From positions 124,001-188,000 of the forward strand of contig JAAOMT010000566.1 of NCBI GenBank assembly GCA_016748015.1: a DNA stretch of 64,000 bases. The letters are read 5' to 3'. The notes under the pieces are model-generated. The model saw only the letters and a program-made list of their open reading frames with translations, was not told the DNA's origin and did no database searches. Below are positions 12,479-26,694 of this stretch, in pieces. Origin of the DNA: Geosiphon pyriformis uo1. Lineage: Eukaryota; Fungi; Glomeromycota. Both the position numbers and the translations under genes were made by a program. The first letter of the stretch is position 1. The number at the start of each line of letters is the position of its first letter.

Positions 12479-13370
12479 TATTACAGGATGGTTTTCTTGG
12501 TATATTTAATTGCCAATATCCTGTTTTAACTGCAATTAGTCTCTCGTGGGTTTCTTAATTCTATTTGTGTGATAATGTTACTTATTATACTGAAGACTTT
12601 CTTTTTAATGTCACAATCTAAATTATTTCTCAATTCCTGATTGTTGTGTGTATTTATGTACTCCTTCCCAGAGACTGAACTGAAATCTACCCACTGTCTA
12701 AGGTTTTCTCTGAGGCTATTCTTGCAATTGCCTAATGTGTTTTTCTAATCTAGAAACACGAAATGTTAATGGCCTTTAGTGCTTTTCTTAATTCTCACAA
12801 TAAAGCTTTTATTAATTAGTAACAACATGAATAATCTTGATTAGGGATTATTCTTCCAAGGAATTCAGCTGATAAATGATAGTTTTATTCAATAAATAAT
12901 ACAAGTAAGTTTCTTAACATCTTGAATTCAGTTTTCAATATTTTTTTTTATTTCTTTTTGATTAAAGGTTTTTGTAGATATTTATTTTTAAAAGTAAAGA
13001 CTAAAAGATAATTAAAGTAGAACTGTTGGATGAATTGTTTTATTGGATAAATTGGATCTATTGCTTGATAAGTTATGATTTTTATTACTTGATTTTCTTT
13101 TCTCAATATTAAAGCTACTGTATATATACATGTTTGTAATTCTACAAGAAAACACATTGTAATACTTTCTTTTTGATATTTTAACCTGGTGTTTACTGCT
13201 ATTACCAGTTGGTGTTGACTGCTATTGTGAACTAGTGCTTGCCACTATTGCGAGATAGTATTTGCTACTATATTAATCATTACCTTTCTAAGATTATTAT
13301 TGTGCTATATTATGATTGAATAGTTTATATTATTTTTATGATTTTTTTGCTAAATTCTTAAACCATAACA
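12479..13370 (-). repeat. Element A 5' LTR (892 bp)
   Basis: tattacagga...ccataaca; matches 4766-5657. Confidence 0.95.
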
Positions 13371-16300
13371 CCATCTTACATATAAAAAAATAATCAAAAA
13401 ATTCTATCTTTCTACAATAAAAACACAAAACATTAGAATATTTTTTATTATATAAGTACTTACAAATAGTAATAAGTAAGTAATAATACAAAGCTTTTAT
13501 AAAATATAAACACAAACTAATAAAAGCTTTATTTATGAAATCAGAGACCATATATAAATTAAAGTACTAAATTAAAACAGTCTAATTCTAATTAATATTT
13601 TTAATAATATTTATATTTATAATATTAATTTTTTAGTAAGTACAATAAACAGCTCTAACTATATTATAAACAAAATACCAAATATTTTTAAATACTATTA
13701 CACTACCAGTTTTAATAAATTTCTTATAAATATAAACAAAAAACACTAAACTTGGATAAAAAATAATAGCAGTTAGTTTATTAGCACATTTATTATTTAA
13801 AACATTTGAATAGTCTTTAATTTTAGACCAAGTAATACCAAAATTTTTATATCTAATAAAATTCATAATACAATGTTTTTTAAGCCAACAAAAATTGTAA
13901 AAGTTTGACAAAATTATATTTAATTTAATTGAAATAAGCATTTAAAACAGCTTAATTATTTAAATATACTATAATAATACTAAAGCAAAAACTTATTTAA
14001 ATACCAAAATAATTATCTGCAATTTTATTAACATAAACAAAATCAAACTACCAATTTTAATATTTATAATTAAATCTAAATTAGCAAAAAATACAATTAG
14101 ATTACATTTTACTTCAAATATATTCAGATTTTTTAAAGATTTATTTGTGTAAACATTAATAATATCCAAATTAATATCAAAAAAACAGTAAATTATAAAT
14201 ATCTAAAAGATATAAATTATTAATTAAAAGCCAATTAACATAATAAGAAAATTAAATCTTAAAAATCTAGTTTTTTTTAATAACAAAAACTTTTTTAATC
14301 AAAAATTAATCTTTTTTTAATATAAAACTATTTAACAAAAGCAATACTAAATTTTTTAAAAAAGTAAAAAACTTTATAAAAGCCAAATTTTTTAAAATAA
14401 GCAATATTAGAATGCTATTAGAGAAACAAAATACAAAAAGTAATATATTTATTAAAAAAATTTTATATTTCAAAAAAATTTTATTATATTAACTAAAAAA
14501 TTGTTTATTAAACTGATTTTTAACTTTATAAAATACTATAGCAAATAATTAAAAGATTAATTCAATATTTATAAATTCAGTAATCTGTAATTGAACAAAT
14601 AACCAAGAATATTATCAATATTAAAAAAAATTATTATTGCAGCTATCATATTCTTTATTTATATTTGCCTAAAAGCTTTTAAATCATACAAAAACAAATA
14701 GTAAATAGTTTTACTAGAAAATTTTTTTGGTAAATTAGTTTTTATTTTTAAACTCTTTTTAATTAATGTATTTTATTTGTTATATATATTCTTAAAAATT
14801 AAATTGAAATAAATTTTTTAATTAATAATAAGTTGTAATACAGCTAAAATCAAATAAAAAAACTGCTTATTTAAGATAGTTTTTTTAAAACTATATTAGC
14901 AAAAAACTTAATATTTAAATAGAATTTTGTCAAACTAAGCTTAAACAAACTTCTTAATCATAAAAAAATACCTAAATACCTATAAGATTTTTTTTTGTGC
15001 AATAAAGATTAACAAACTACTTATTAATAATAAAGCTTTTTTGATTTTTTAATTAATAAAAACAATTGTTGTTTTCTCATTATTAATTAAAATATTATTA
15101 ATTTTAAAAAACTTACTTATAATATTCAAAATATATTAAGTAATAGTCTGACTATTTTTTACTTAAATAATATTGTTAATCAAAATACTAATTATTAAAT
15201 AAAAAGTTAATTCAATCTGACTTTTAACTTTATTAGTTTAGACAATAAACTTAATATTAATATAATAGTTGTACAAACTCTTATGTTTTTTTATTTTATA
15301 TAACAGAAAATTATAAAAAATTTTTTAAAGCAATAAAAAAAACTTTATCTCAAATTATTATGCATTTATTATTTATTAGTTAGTTTATAATTTATTATAA
15401 TCTAATTAATTCTGTTATTATAAAAAATTTTATAAATTGTTTGTATATTTTTATACAGATTAAATTATTTTTTAAATAATATTAGTTAACAGAATTATAT
15501 GTTTTTTGCATATTTTACAAAACCAACTAAAATTTATAATTTTTTTCTAAAACATTTTTTATTACCAAGTTCACAGCAAAAATTAAAAACTGAGTAATAA
15601 TGCTTTATAAAACAGAAAAATTATTATCATAAAAAACATTAAATTTGCTATAGACTAAAAAATTTAAAAAATTTTTTTTTGAGTAGTTTTGATTAAAACA
15701 ATAGATTTAGTATTAATTAAAATTTTTATTTATTTATATAATTTAAAAATTATAAATATTCAAACTTTTTTCTAAGATTAAAAACAAATTTATATATTAA
15801 ATAAAAATTTAACAGATTTAAGAACATTTTTAAAACAAAATTTTTACAATATTCTTATAATTTATTAGTAATATCAGACAAATTAGTGGCTTTTTTATTA
15901 GACAAATTTTTGATTACATATAATATCTTATTATATATAATAGTATTTATAATATCAAAAAAAAACATTATTATTAATATAAGTCAAAAACAAATATTGA
16001 CAATTTTATAAATTAGAAATATTGTCTAATATCAATTTTTTTTTGTCCAACTTTTTATAATTATATCAATCTTAGACTTAATTTTATTAGAATTTAGGAA
16101 CAGCTTATTATTAACAACCAAGTAATTTAAAGCTATTTTTTAAATAAGTAAAAAAAAATATTTTTAATCATATGACTTTTATTAATAGCAAAACTTTTTA
16201 TTTATTTGGTAATAGCAAATTTGATATTTAATTTCTTAGCTCTTAATAATTTAGCAAGCTTAAAAGCATAATAAGATTTTTTTATACTAGATAAAACAAA

Positions 16301-19300
16301 TCTTATATTATTAAAACCAGTACTAAAATTCAATAAAACTTGAATATTTAAAGTCTTATTACAGTTTAAAAATATTTAGTAGTTTATTATAAAAAATTAC
16401 TTATTATTAGACCCCATCTGTAAAAACTTGATAATAATAAACACCAAAATTTCAACTTATAAAACTTTAAAATTTTTTTGATAAAAACATTAATAAATTT
16501 CTTAAACTACTTTTTTTTTAATATTTTATTAACCAAAAAATACATCACTTTTCGAATAATATCTTATATTGTATTTAGATCCAAAAATTTTTTAAAAACA
16601 ACAAAATTTTCAAAATACATTACAATATTAGCAAATATAATATTTTTGAACCAATTTTATTTAGTATTATTAGTATTTTTAAAATTAAACTTTCAATAAT
16701 TTTTATTAGATTTGTTTGCAAAAAAAGTTTAACTGTATATTTAACAAGTTATCCAAATCTACAAAAACAAAAACAGCCTAATAATTAGTATTAAAATATT
16801 TACCAATATTCAAAATTTTATAATTAACTATTGTATTAACAAGATTTAAAAAAATAAACATATAATCAATTGTTTTTTTAGCATCTTTGGAATTTTTCTA
16901 TGTTAAAGCTTTAACAATCAAATTTCCTATCAAAAAATTAATCAGTCTTAAATTAAAACACTTTTTAAAATTAATACACTTATAAAAATTATCTTTATTG
17001 AAATTATTATTTAAGATTACAAAAAAAAACTTTATTTACAGTCTTTATAATTAAAAAGTTAATCTCTTTAGTCTAAATCAAGTATGCTGTTAAAACAATA
17101 TTAATATACAGTCTTAAAATTAAAACAAAAAGCTTATTCTTAAAAAATAACTTAATAAAAAAAGCCAATTAGCAATCTCAGAAACTTTACATATGTGTTT
17201 AATCAGTATATTGTTTACAATAATTATAATATCAACTTTAAATAACTAGAATCTAAACTAGAAATAAAGATTTATATATCTTTAAATTTGTTAATTATCT
17301 ATGAATATACTTTACTTTTTAATTTAATTGCAATAACAATAAAATTTAAATTGTTTATTTTTTTGTATTAATAAATAATATTCTCTTATTTAATAAGATT
17401 GTTTATTGTTTTTATATTGTATATAATAATCTTTTAAATGAGATTAATTATTAAGATATTAAAGAAAAAAATACATTCTGAGCTAAAATCAGACTATTAA
17501 ATTTTGCTAACAAATTTATAATTAAGCTAGACAAACTTTTTAATTGAGTTTCCAACTTAATTATATTTAAAAATATTAAGAAATTTAGCTTTATAGCAGT
17601 TTTGCTACTAGTAAACACACTTGAATTCTTACTTATTATTATATTACTTACCTAATTCTGTAATAAAAAAGTTATTAACAGTTGACATTTAAAACTAAAC
17701 TAAAAAATTATTAGCATAAATATATCTAACTTTTTAGTTAACTTATTAAATTGTTTTATAAAGCTAATAAGACTGCTTTTAATTTTATTAAATCATAATT
17801 CCAAATTACTTATAATTATTAAAAGAGATTTAACTTTGTTCAAAAAACCAGATTAAAAAAAAAACTCAAAAAATATCTAAAAAAAGTGTTTGTTAATAAT
17901 AAATATCCAAAATTTATCTTTAAAAACTACTAAATAAATTATAAAAACAGACTTTTTTACATAAATTCAAGTCAATTTAAACTAGTTTAAAGCCAAAAAA
18001 AAAGTCTTTTTTTTTAAGCATCAGTTTATTATTAACTAAACTATATTCAAAAATATATAATTAAGTTTATAATAAACTACATAGAGAGCCAAAGACAAAC
18101 AAAACCAATAAAGTACAATACTTTTTATAATAAAAATTACAGCAATTGTCTTAATCAAGCTTTTTTTTAAATTAAAACACATAATTGCATACTTAGTATA
18201 ATTGTAACTAATAGAATTATAATTAATTATACAAGTTTTTTTTCTAATTAAATCAATGAAATTCTAAAGATTGTAAATATTTGTTTTTATAAAAAGTATA
18301 TAAAACAAAGCTTTAAACTTATTTTTAGAATTCTATAATTATTTATTAATATTAGTCTTAGTTATACAAATTATATCTTTTTTGATAAAAATAAACTATT
18401 CAAATATTAAAAAATTAGTCTTATTTTAATTTTTTAATTCTATAATTGTCTTTTATTACAGTCTTATTAATTGTATTTTAATCAATTTAATAATACTAAA
18501 ATTAATAAATACAGTTTATATAACTTTTATAATGCTTTTATAAGAATTTTTTTATAATTATAGTCTGATTAGTTTGATTGTTTACTGAATATTTAAGATT
18601 AATATTTATTATAATATTTTTCAAATTTGTTGTAGTTATTATTGCTTTTTTAAAAATAAAAAATATCTGAATAATTTCACCAAATTTTGAGAAAATAAAA
18701 ACTTTTCTAAACTTATTTACATTAAAAAAAAATTTTTAACAACTTTCAATTTGTTTTAAGCCAAAAATCTAAACACAACAGAGAAATTTATATTTAAAAT
18801 AAAAATTTTGCAAACTAAAATATTAATTAAAAACTTAAGAACAAAAAAAAAAAGAAAAAAATTTGTTCAAACATTATTTTTATTATTACTGTTAACATTA
18901 AAATTGATTCACCCAAAAATTTTTTTAAATATGTATTTTATAACAATTTTATATGGCTTTTTGGAGATTATATCAATATTTTTAAGCTTTAATTTATTAT
19001 TATTACCAAACTAAAACTGGTTTTTTTAACCAAAAACTTATTTATATTTATATTTTTAGTATTTATAGTATTATTAATATCTAAACTAATTATTTTATTA
19101 GTTTTGAACAACTTTTGAAAAATTCCAGTATTAATTCTAATAACAAATTTTTTCAAAACACTGTTTTTGTGTTTTTTTTAATAAACAAATTTAAAATCAC
19201 AAAATTAGCACCAAATTTTTTCTTGAATTTTTTTATATTTAAATTATTGCCAATATTAACAGTTTTATATTTGAACAAAAAAGGTTTTAAAATTTCTAAT

Positions 19301-19397
19301 TAAATAATAAAAATAAGCAAAAGCAGAAAAAATTTCTTTAAAATAAAACACTTTTTTAAGAATTTGAAACATAAAAAAAAAAGAAGTTTTTTTAATT

Positions 19398-19545
19398 TTT
19401 TGTAATAATAACAAATATTATAATAAATATTATAATAAAATAATAATAAATATTATAGTATAATAATAATAAATATTATATTAAAATATCAAAAATAAAA
19501 TATTATAATATGTTTTTTTATTAATCTATAAATATATATAAATAC
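19398..19545 (+). repeat. Decayed family-A LTR remnant, right part
   Basis: ttaaaatatcaaaaataaaatattataatatgttttttt matches the E LTR (~62115-62150) and the reverse complement of the A LTR. Confidence 0.6.
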
Positions 19546-20099
19546 TTAATATAATATATAAAAAAAACTATATATTGTAATATTATTACTAATTTAAGCC
19601 ATATTTTTTTATAATTATATATAATTATAATCTACAAATTAACATAAATTGCATCTTTCTAAAACACAATATAGATTATATATATAAATAAAATATCAAA
19701 CATTTTTGTTGTAAAAAAATTTATTATATTAAATATGTCTTAAAAAAAACTTTCTGAATATTAAAAAAAAGAAATTATTTTAATAAAAAAATTAAAACAT
19801 ATAAATAATGAAATTTTATGACTATTAAATATTCATATTTTTTTGTAATATATGTATAAAAGTTATATAAACTAAAAAAACTTTCTAAAAAATAAATGAA
19901 TTGACCACAAATTCTTGATAAATAAACATATAAACAACTCAAATATTTAATAATAGAGAATAAAAAAACTTACTGTCAAACTTTTTTTTAAATACATATG
20001 AATTTTATTAAAGATATTAATAAATTTATTTCTATATAAATTATTAAAAATAAATTAGTTTAAAAAAAACTTTACTCATGTATTTCTTGTTTTAGGCTA

Positions 20100-23000
20100 T
20101 TAGATATTAACAAGTTAAAATAGATTTCAAAAACTGATTCAAAACAGTTTTTACCATTCAAGAAAAAAATTATAAGTTTAATATGATGCTATTTAAATTT
20201 TACAATATACTAGCAATATTTCAAAAATTCATAAATTTTGTTTACAAAAAACTTTTATAGTAATTAGTAGTCCTTTACTTTGGTGATACTAATGTCTATT
20301 TACCAAGTTTTAAAGCTTATTTAATTTACTTGTAAGAAGTTTTTTAATGATTATGAAGAGCAAGATTAAAATTAAATATTGAAAATTATTACTTTAAAAA
20401 AACAAGTTTGATCTTCCTTTAATATATTGTTAATAAAGATAGAATTCAACTCAATCTAAAAACAATTAATATTGTTAAAAATTTTAAGTTCTCTAAAATA
20501 CCACAGAATTAAGAAAATTTATAGAATTAGCCTCTTATAATCAAAAGTTCATCAAAAAATTTTCTGAAATTGCCAAACTACTTAAATACTTAACCGACAA
20601 AGATGTTAGATATTAATAAATCTAAGCCTAACAATAAATATTTAATATTCTTAAAAAAAAACTTACTATGACTCCAATTTTTGCCTATTCTAACTTCAAT
20701 AAAAAATTCCAGTTAGCCATTAATGCTTTACATATAGTTGTTAGTACCATTTTATTATAATTAAATAATAACAGCAATAAGCAAGTAATTGTATATGTCA
20801 ATAGAATACTTAAACCAACAAAACTTAAATATAACTTAACTGAATTAAAAGCAACAACTATTATCTGAATTCTCAAACACTTTTAGTAATATCTTAGAAA
20901 TAGATCTTAATTCAATATTATTACTAATAATATTGACCTCAAATAACTTAACAAAAAAAGCTCTAAACTTAATACAAAACAATCTTAATAGACTAATTTT
21001 TTAGCTGATTACAAATATATTATATATTGCAAATCAAAAAAATTACACACAAACATTAATAAGTTTTTCAAAATAAGGCAAAATTAAAACTTATACTAAC
21101 AACTTAACAAACAAATTAGTAATAAAACAATAGATTCTAAAAATTACAACAGCATCAAAAATTATTTGAAGACTTTTAACATACTAGAAAATTGGTTTTT
21201 AGTTAAAAAACATTTATTACAAAACCAAGCAAAGCAATACTTTATTTATTACAACAAAATTTATTACCAAAATCACAAAAACTTAACAATTCTATTTTAA
21301 TTAGTCCAACAAAATAAAAAAGAAATCATCTTATACAATATGTACACAAATTTTTTATCAGCATACTTAGAAAAAAATAGTACAATTCAAAGAACACTTG
21401 AACATTATTTTTGACCACACATATACAAAGATATTTAACAATATATAGAATTATGTAATAATTATTAAAAAAGAAAAAAAACTCACTCTACTAAATTTTT
21501 AAATTAAATTAAAGTTGAACAATCTTTCAATAAAGTAAAAATTAATTTAATTAGACTACTATCTATTACAATCTAAAAAAATTATTATATTGCAATTATA
21601 ATAGATTATTTCACCAAATGGCTTGAAACCAGAGCCATTTAAAAAGCAAATACAAAATTAGTAACAAATTTTATCTATGAAAACATTATTTGTAAACATA
21701 AATATCCAATTGAATTTTTATTGGATCAAAAAACATACTTGTAAACAGCTTAATACAAAAAATTTGTAAATAATTCAATATTAAAAGACTTTTATTATCT
21801 CTATATCACCCACAACTAAATAGATTTATGGAATATTTCAACCAAATATTGTGTAAATCACTAGTCAAAGTCTTAACTAATTTTGAACAAAAATAAAATA
21901 TTTTTTCTCTATTAGTGTTACTAGTATACAGAACACTAAAACAAAATATTATAAAATATATACTCTTTAATTTAACTTATAAAAAAACAGCAATATTATT
22001 AATTAATTTTATAGTAGAAACATATTCAGTACAATTAATTAACAAAAAAAACTTTTAAGAAATATTTTAACAAAGAGTCTATATTTTGTTTATTATTTTG
22101 GAAGAAAAAAAACAAATAGCAGTTATTCATATTAAACACTCTTCAACATAACAAAAAAAACAGCATAATAACAAATTGCCACTAATTACTAATGAATTTA
22201 AAGTTGAAAACAAAAGTTTTCTTATACAAAACTAAGACTAAAAAACAATAAAGTGAAAAATTTGAACATAAATAGAACAGACTATTTTATATTCATAAAA
22301 TCTTAAACAATAAATTATACAAGTTAAAACTTAATGACAAAATTCTAGCCAAAGTTGTACATAAAGATTAATTAAGGCACTATTATTTTAGAAACAATTT
22401 TAAATTATTAATTCTACAAATTAGTACATATTTCTTTTTAATTAATTCTGATAATATTTCTTGATATTTAGAATCAATAGTTATAATAAAACAACAATTA
22501 AACTTGAATATTTAACTTACTATTATTATAATATTTTTTTAATAATACACAAATATAAAAAACAAAACTAATAAATAATTATAAGAAAAACCCAAAATTA
22601 AAAAGATATAAAAATTTTATACCCAAAAATATTTTTTTATTTATTCAAATATTTTTCAAATTTTATTTTTAATTTACTTATTTTTATTATGATTATTCTC
22701 TAAAACATTTAATAACTGTCTTAAAAATTAATGTTAATATTAAAAACATCTACCTTATCCATAATAATCAATAAAAATCAAATTAATTACACTCAAAAAG
22801 AAATTACAACATCAATAATAAATAATTCTCAAAATTATCATTCTTATAGAAAAAACACAAGAAATTATTTTGGAATTTAATTACTAAAACTTTTAAAACA
22901 AGCTTTAAAAAAAATCTTTTATTTGTTTTTATTGAAATTTTACCAAATATTATAACTTAACAAAAGCTTCAACTGTTTTTTAATAAAAAAAGTTATAAAT

Positions 23001-24374
23001 ATACCCTTATTTTTAAATATTTTTATATTGAAAAAACACTTTATAAATAAAAACTAGAACTTAAAACAACCAACTTTACTCTTAAAATAATACAAAAATA
23101 AATTTACAATAAATTCAAAATAGCAACTGGACCCATAAACATTCATTACAAATTTAGAGCAGTTTTTAGACTCTATAACCTATTCAATACTTGCAAAAAT
23201 ATCTTACAAAATTCAATACTCTAACTAATAAAAATTCAATAAATTGGCAAATTTACAGAACTAAAATTTCAACAATTTTCAAACCAAATTATTTTAATTA
23301 TTTTGAACTACTATCTTAATATCACAGATAATTCTTAAATTTTAATAAAACTTAGTTTTGAAGAGAAAATTATATTACTAATAAAATTTTAATAATTAAT
23401 TAGCATAAAATTATTATAATTCTTATTATTAATTAGCATATATTATTATCATTCAAATTATTATTTATTATTTAATCAAAAATTATCAAAGATTGCTATT
23501 TAATTAATAATCTAATTTGTACAATAAAAATTAGGATAATTAAATTACACAATACACTGAACTATGTAACATTTAAAAATTCGTCAAAATTTGTAAAAAT
23601 TTGTAAAAATAATAAATAATTTACTAAAATAGTTAATAGTTTAATGAAATAACTTGTAATTTGTTGAATTTATAGACTAGTTTTATAACAAGTTGTATAA
23701 AAAAAGAGCTTTTTTTTTCGAAAAAATGTATCTTATCTTTCTTAAAATTATCTTACTATAGATCTTTTACTTTAAATTTAGCTTTATTAATACAATTTAA
23801 ACAATAAAAATACTTTAAAAAACCAATTTTTAAAATATTATACTTAATATTTTCCAAAATTTAACTAATATTTTAAAATTAATTATTTAACAATTTAGTA
23901 ATTTATTAGTAATTTCAAGTTTAGATAAAAAACAATTTTTTTAATAAAATCTCATTTTTTTTATATTGCTTTTATTTTTTTTATTTTTTTTATTATAATT
24001 ATTTAGGTAGCCTAAAAATAAAATTTTTGTAGAAGAATTGATTTTTATAGCAAAGTAACTACATATTTTTAGTAAGCTTTTAAATAAGCAATTCTTAAGA
24101 AAAAGTTAACTTTTATTACAAAATAACTACACATTTTAGTAAGTTTTTAGACAAGCAATTTTTAAGAAAGAGTTAACATTTACTACAATATAACTATACA
24201 AAATAACTGGCATAGAATTGGCTATTTTACTTATAAGTTAGCAGTTTAAATTATAAGAAATAATTTGAAAATAAATTTAGTTATTGGAAGTTTAATTGCT
24301 TTTAGAAAATATGAATTAACAGCAAAACAGACATTAACAAAATAAAAAAAAGAGACCAAAAACCTCTTGTAACA
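20100..24374 (+). mobile_element. Ty3/Gypsy element B, 5'-truncated and decayed (RT part, RH, IN, ORF3, 3' LTR)
   Basis: Relics Y*QVKID..KTVF (~20105), VLYFGDT (~20270), DYFTKWLETRAI (~21605) and a GPF-region relic (~22280). PPT gaagagaaaa at ~23360. Ends tgtaaca at 24374. Confidence 0.8.
23373..24374 (+). repeat. Element B 3' LTR (~1 kb) with a ~68-bp tandem duplication at 24056-24190
   Basis: Starts tattac after the PPT and ends tgtaaca. No partner LTR in the window. Confidence 0.6.
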
Positions 24375-26694
24375 CCATAAATTTATTAATAATTAAATTA
24401 TTTTATTGTTTAATATATAATTAATTTCTTAATAAATAATCTTATAATTGATAAATAATACTTGATATGCTTTTTGTTTTATTGGCATGGCATTTTCAGT
24501 TTTAATTTGGTGCTAGATAATATTAGTTCTATTAAATTCATTTTTATTTGCAAAGATATTGGTAAAATTGTTAAATAACAACTTGAACTAGTATACATTA
24601 AAGTAGGTCTAAGTTTTTTAGATTTATTTGCTCCAATTGTTCTGGTTATAGCAAATAATATTTTTTTTGTCTGTAGATAAATTGTAATATGAAATTTACA
24701 TATTTACACAGTTGTAAAAAATTTGGAATAGTAGTTAGTGCTTGGTTCTCAACTTTAATGCTTAGATATTTGATGGTAGTTCTGTTTAATATTTTTATTA
24801 GATTTTTAGTTATGTTGTATATTGAAATTTTAATGTGTTTGTAGTTCTTAACTGGTATATAAAGATTGATAATAACAATCTTTTCTAATTTACAAATAAT
24901 AAGTTTTACTTCAAAAATCTGGGTTTGATCTCTTACTTTTTTTTTTATGAATAATATATGTTGATTATATAATGAGATAAAAATTAATTAATTAATAGAG
25001 ATAATTTCTTTCTGATTAATTATTTTCTTCTTTACTATATTAACTAATATTTATATTTTATCTGTAAATCCAAATTTATTTATCTTTTTTGTTGTAATTT
25101 CTAACTTTTTTTTCATTTTTATTGATACTAACTGAGCTATTTTTACTAAAAATAGGAATATTATTTATGCAATTTTTTATTTGATTTAATTGTATATGGT
25201 TTTTTTAATTTATTTTGTAGTATTGTAATAATATTTCTTATATCTTGTATTAATTATTTTTTTTTGATATTAATTCACTTTTTCATTAAACTAAATCTAG
25301 ATGTTAATTAAATTATTGTAGTTATTAGAATTTTTAATACTATTTTTAAATTTATGCTAATATACAAATAAGGTCCTAATCTGATAGGAGTTTTTTTTGA
25401 GTATCTAAAATCAAACTTTGCATCAATATTATGTATGTGTTCTGGCATAATATCTTTATTATTATTACTAAACCATTTAAGTTTCTGCTTTTTTAAAAGA
25501 TTAAGGAGTCAATATATTGTTTAAAGTTATAATTGGGGTTTAAATTATTGTTATTATAGTTGTTATTATGAACAAAATTAGAATTATTGTTGTTATTATT
25601 ATCAGAGTTTAAATTAAGATTAAATTTTGATTTTAATTCTAAAACACAGTTGTTAATTGGTTCTTTCTCTTTGAGAATTAAATAAATTATACATAATAGT
25701 AGATTGTAAATGAAATTACAATTGTTATAATATTTGAAGTCACTAAAAATTAGGCAATATTTACAAAATTTAGCATTTAATTGTTCTAAATGTTGCTCTT
25801 GTTTTTCTTAAATAAATATTAGATTTTGGTAGTATTTATAGAATTGTTTTAGATTATTTAGAATATTAACAAAACTGTTTAAATTTAGGATAAAAATGGT
25901 TTTAATGAATTTTGGTAAGTTGTTTTTGATTGTAAATATTTTACTGAATAAAACACTTTTAACTTTGGCACTTGCTATTTGCAAAATTTTGTCTTTGTCA
26001 TATGGATAGTCATTCAAATACAAAAGTATTCAGTTTTATGTGACATTAAAAGATTTTTCTTTGCTTATCTAGTTACTTATAAGAATTGTGTATTAATATA
26101 ATATGTTATATGTTTTTTCTTAACCAGCAATGTTATTTTATATTTTTTTGTTAAGTAGTACAAACAAGACATAGTTTGTTGTCTTACTTTTTTTGTTATT
26201 TAGAGTAATTAAAGTGTTTTCAACAGCATATTTTGTAATAATAGCAGATATGTATTTTGTAATTCTTTTTTAACAAAATTCAAGCTCTTATAAATAAAAG
26301 CTTTTTTTATAATTAATATATCTAAAAAAAATATAAGATAATTGTTTTTTTAGTTTTAAGTTTAAGTAAAATTAATGTTAACTGTTAGCTGTTTTTTTAG
26401 TAGTGGCTTGTGATTTGTTTTCTTCTTTTCCTTTTTTTGTTATTTCAAGATAAAATTAGTAATAGCTTATTGTGATTGTTTTCAGTCCACAAGACTTAAT
26501 AGATTTTTCAAGTAGGTTTGTTGGTTTTTTCCTCAAGTTTTATTAATGGCTGTAATTAAGTTGGTTTGAAATGACTGCAAATAATTGGTACTCAAGTATG
26601 CTAATTATTTTGACTAAGTTGTAACTTTTAAGTATTTTAGTCAAGTATAATATTGGTCTTAGAAAGCCAGTTATTATCAATAAGAGCTTAGTAT
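24375..26694 (-). mobile_element. Ty3/Gypsy element D, left part (PR C-terminus, Cys-rich region, dUTPase, RT start)
   Basis: Y*ALIDNNWLSKTNIILD protease end next to 26694. ORF 25808..26023 is homologous to the A linker. HQIKTENAMPIKQKAY RT start near 24500. Confidence 0.8.
25060..25475 (-). pseudogene. dut: Element D dUTPase domain
   Basis: IMPEHIHNIDAKFDF...SRFSL...IINTRY...KIA*IIF...KFGFT decayed motifs 1-5. Confidence 0.75.

Larger units (their letters stand above)
4766..13370 (-). mobile_element. Ty3/Gypsy LTR retrotransposon A (gag-PR-Cys rich-dUTPase-RT-RH, deleted IN, ORF3)
   Basis: Two 892-bp direct repeats with TG..CA ends (one end mutated to TA). 4-bp TSD CCAT at 4762-4765 and 13371-13374. 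PBS and PPT present. Domain order PR-RT-RH-IN. Confidence 0.95.
4142..19397 (-). mobile_element. LINE L1: full-length, heavily AT-decayed non-LTR retrotransposon interrupted by element A
   Basis: T-rich tail at 4142-4165 and 3' UTR homologous to L4. CCHC relic in ORF 13336..13551 (KYLYNKKYSNVLCFYCRKIEFFDYFFIC). Decayed ORF2 start near 17451. 5' end resembles that of L4. Candidate TSD TTTTGTAAT at 4133-4141 and 19398-19406. Confidence 0.8.

Noticed and set aside
16478-19303. Short Ile/Lys/Asn/Phe-rich plus-strand ORFs
   Set aside because: Chance frames in the AT-decayed L1 sequence
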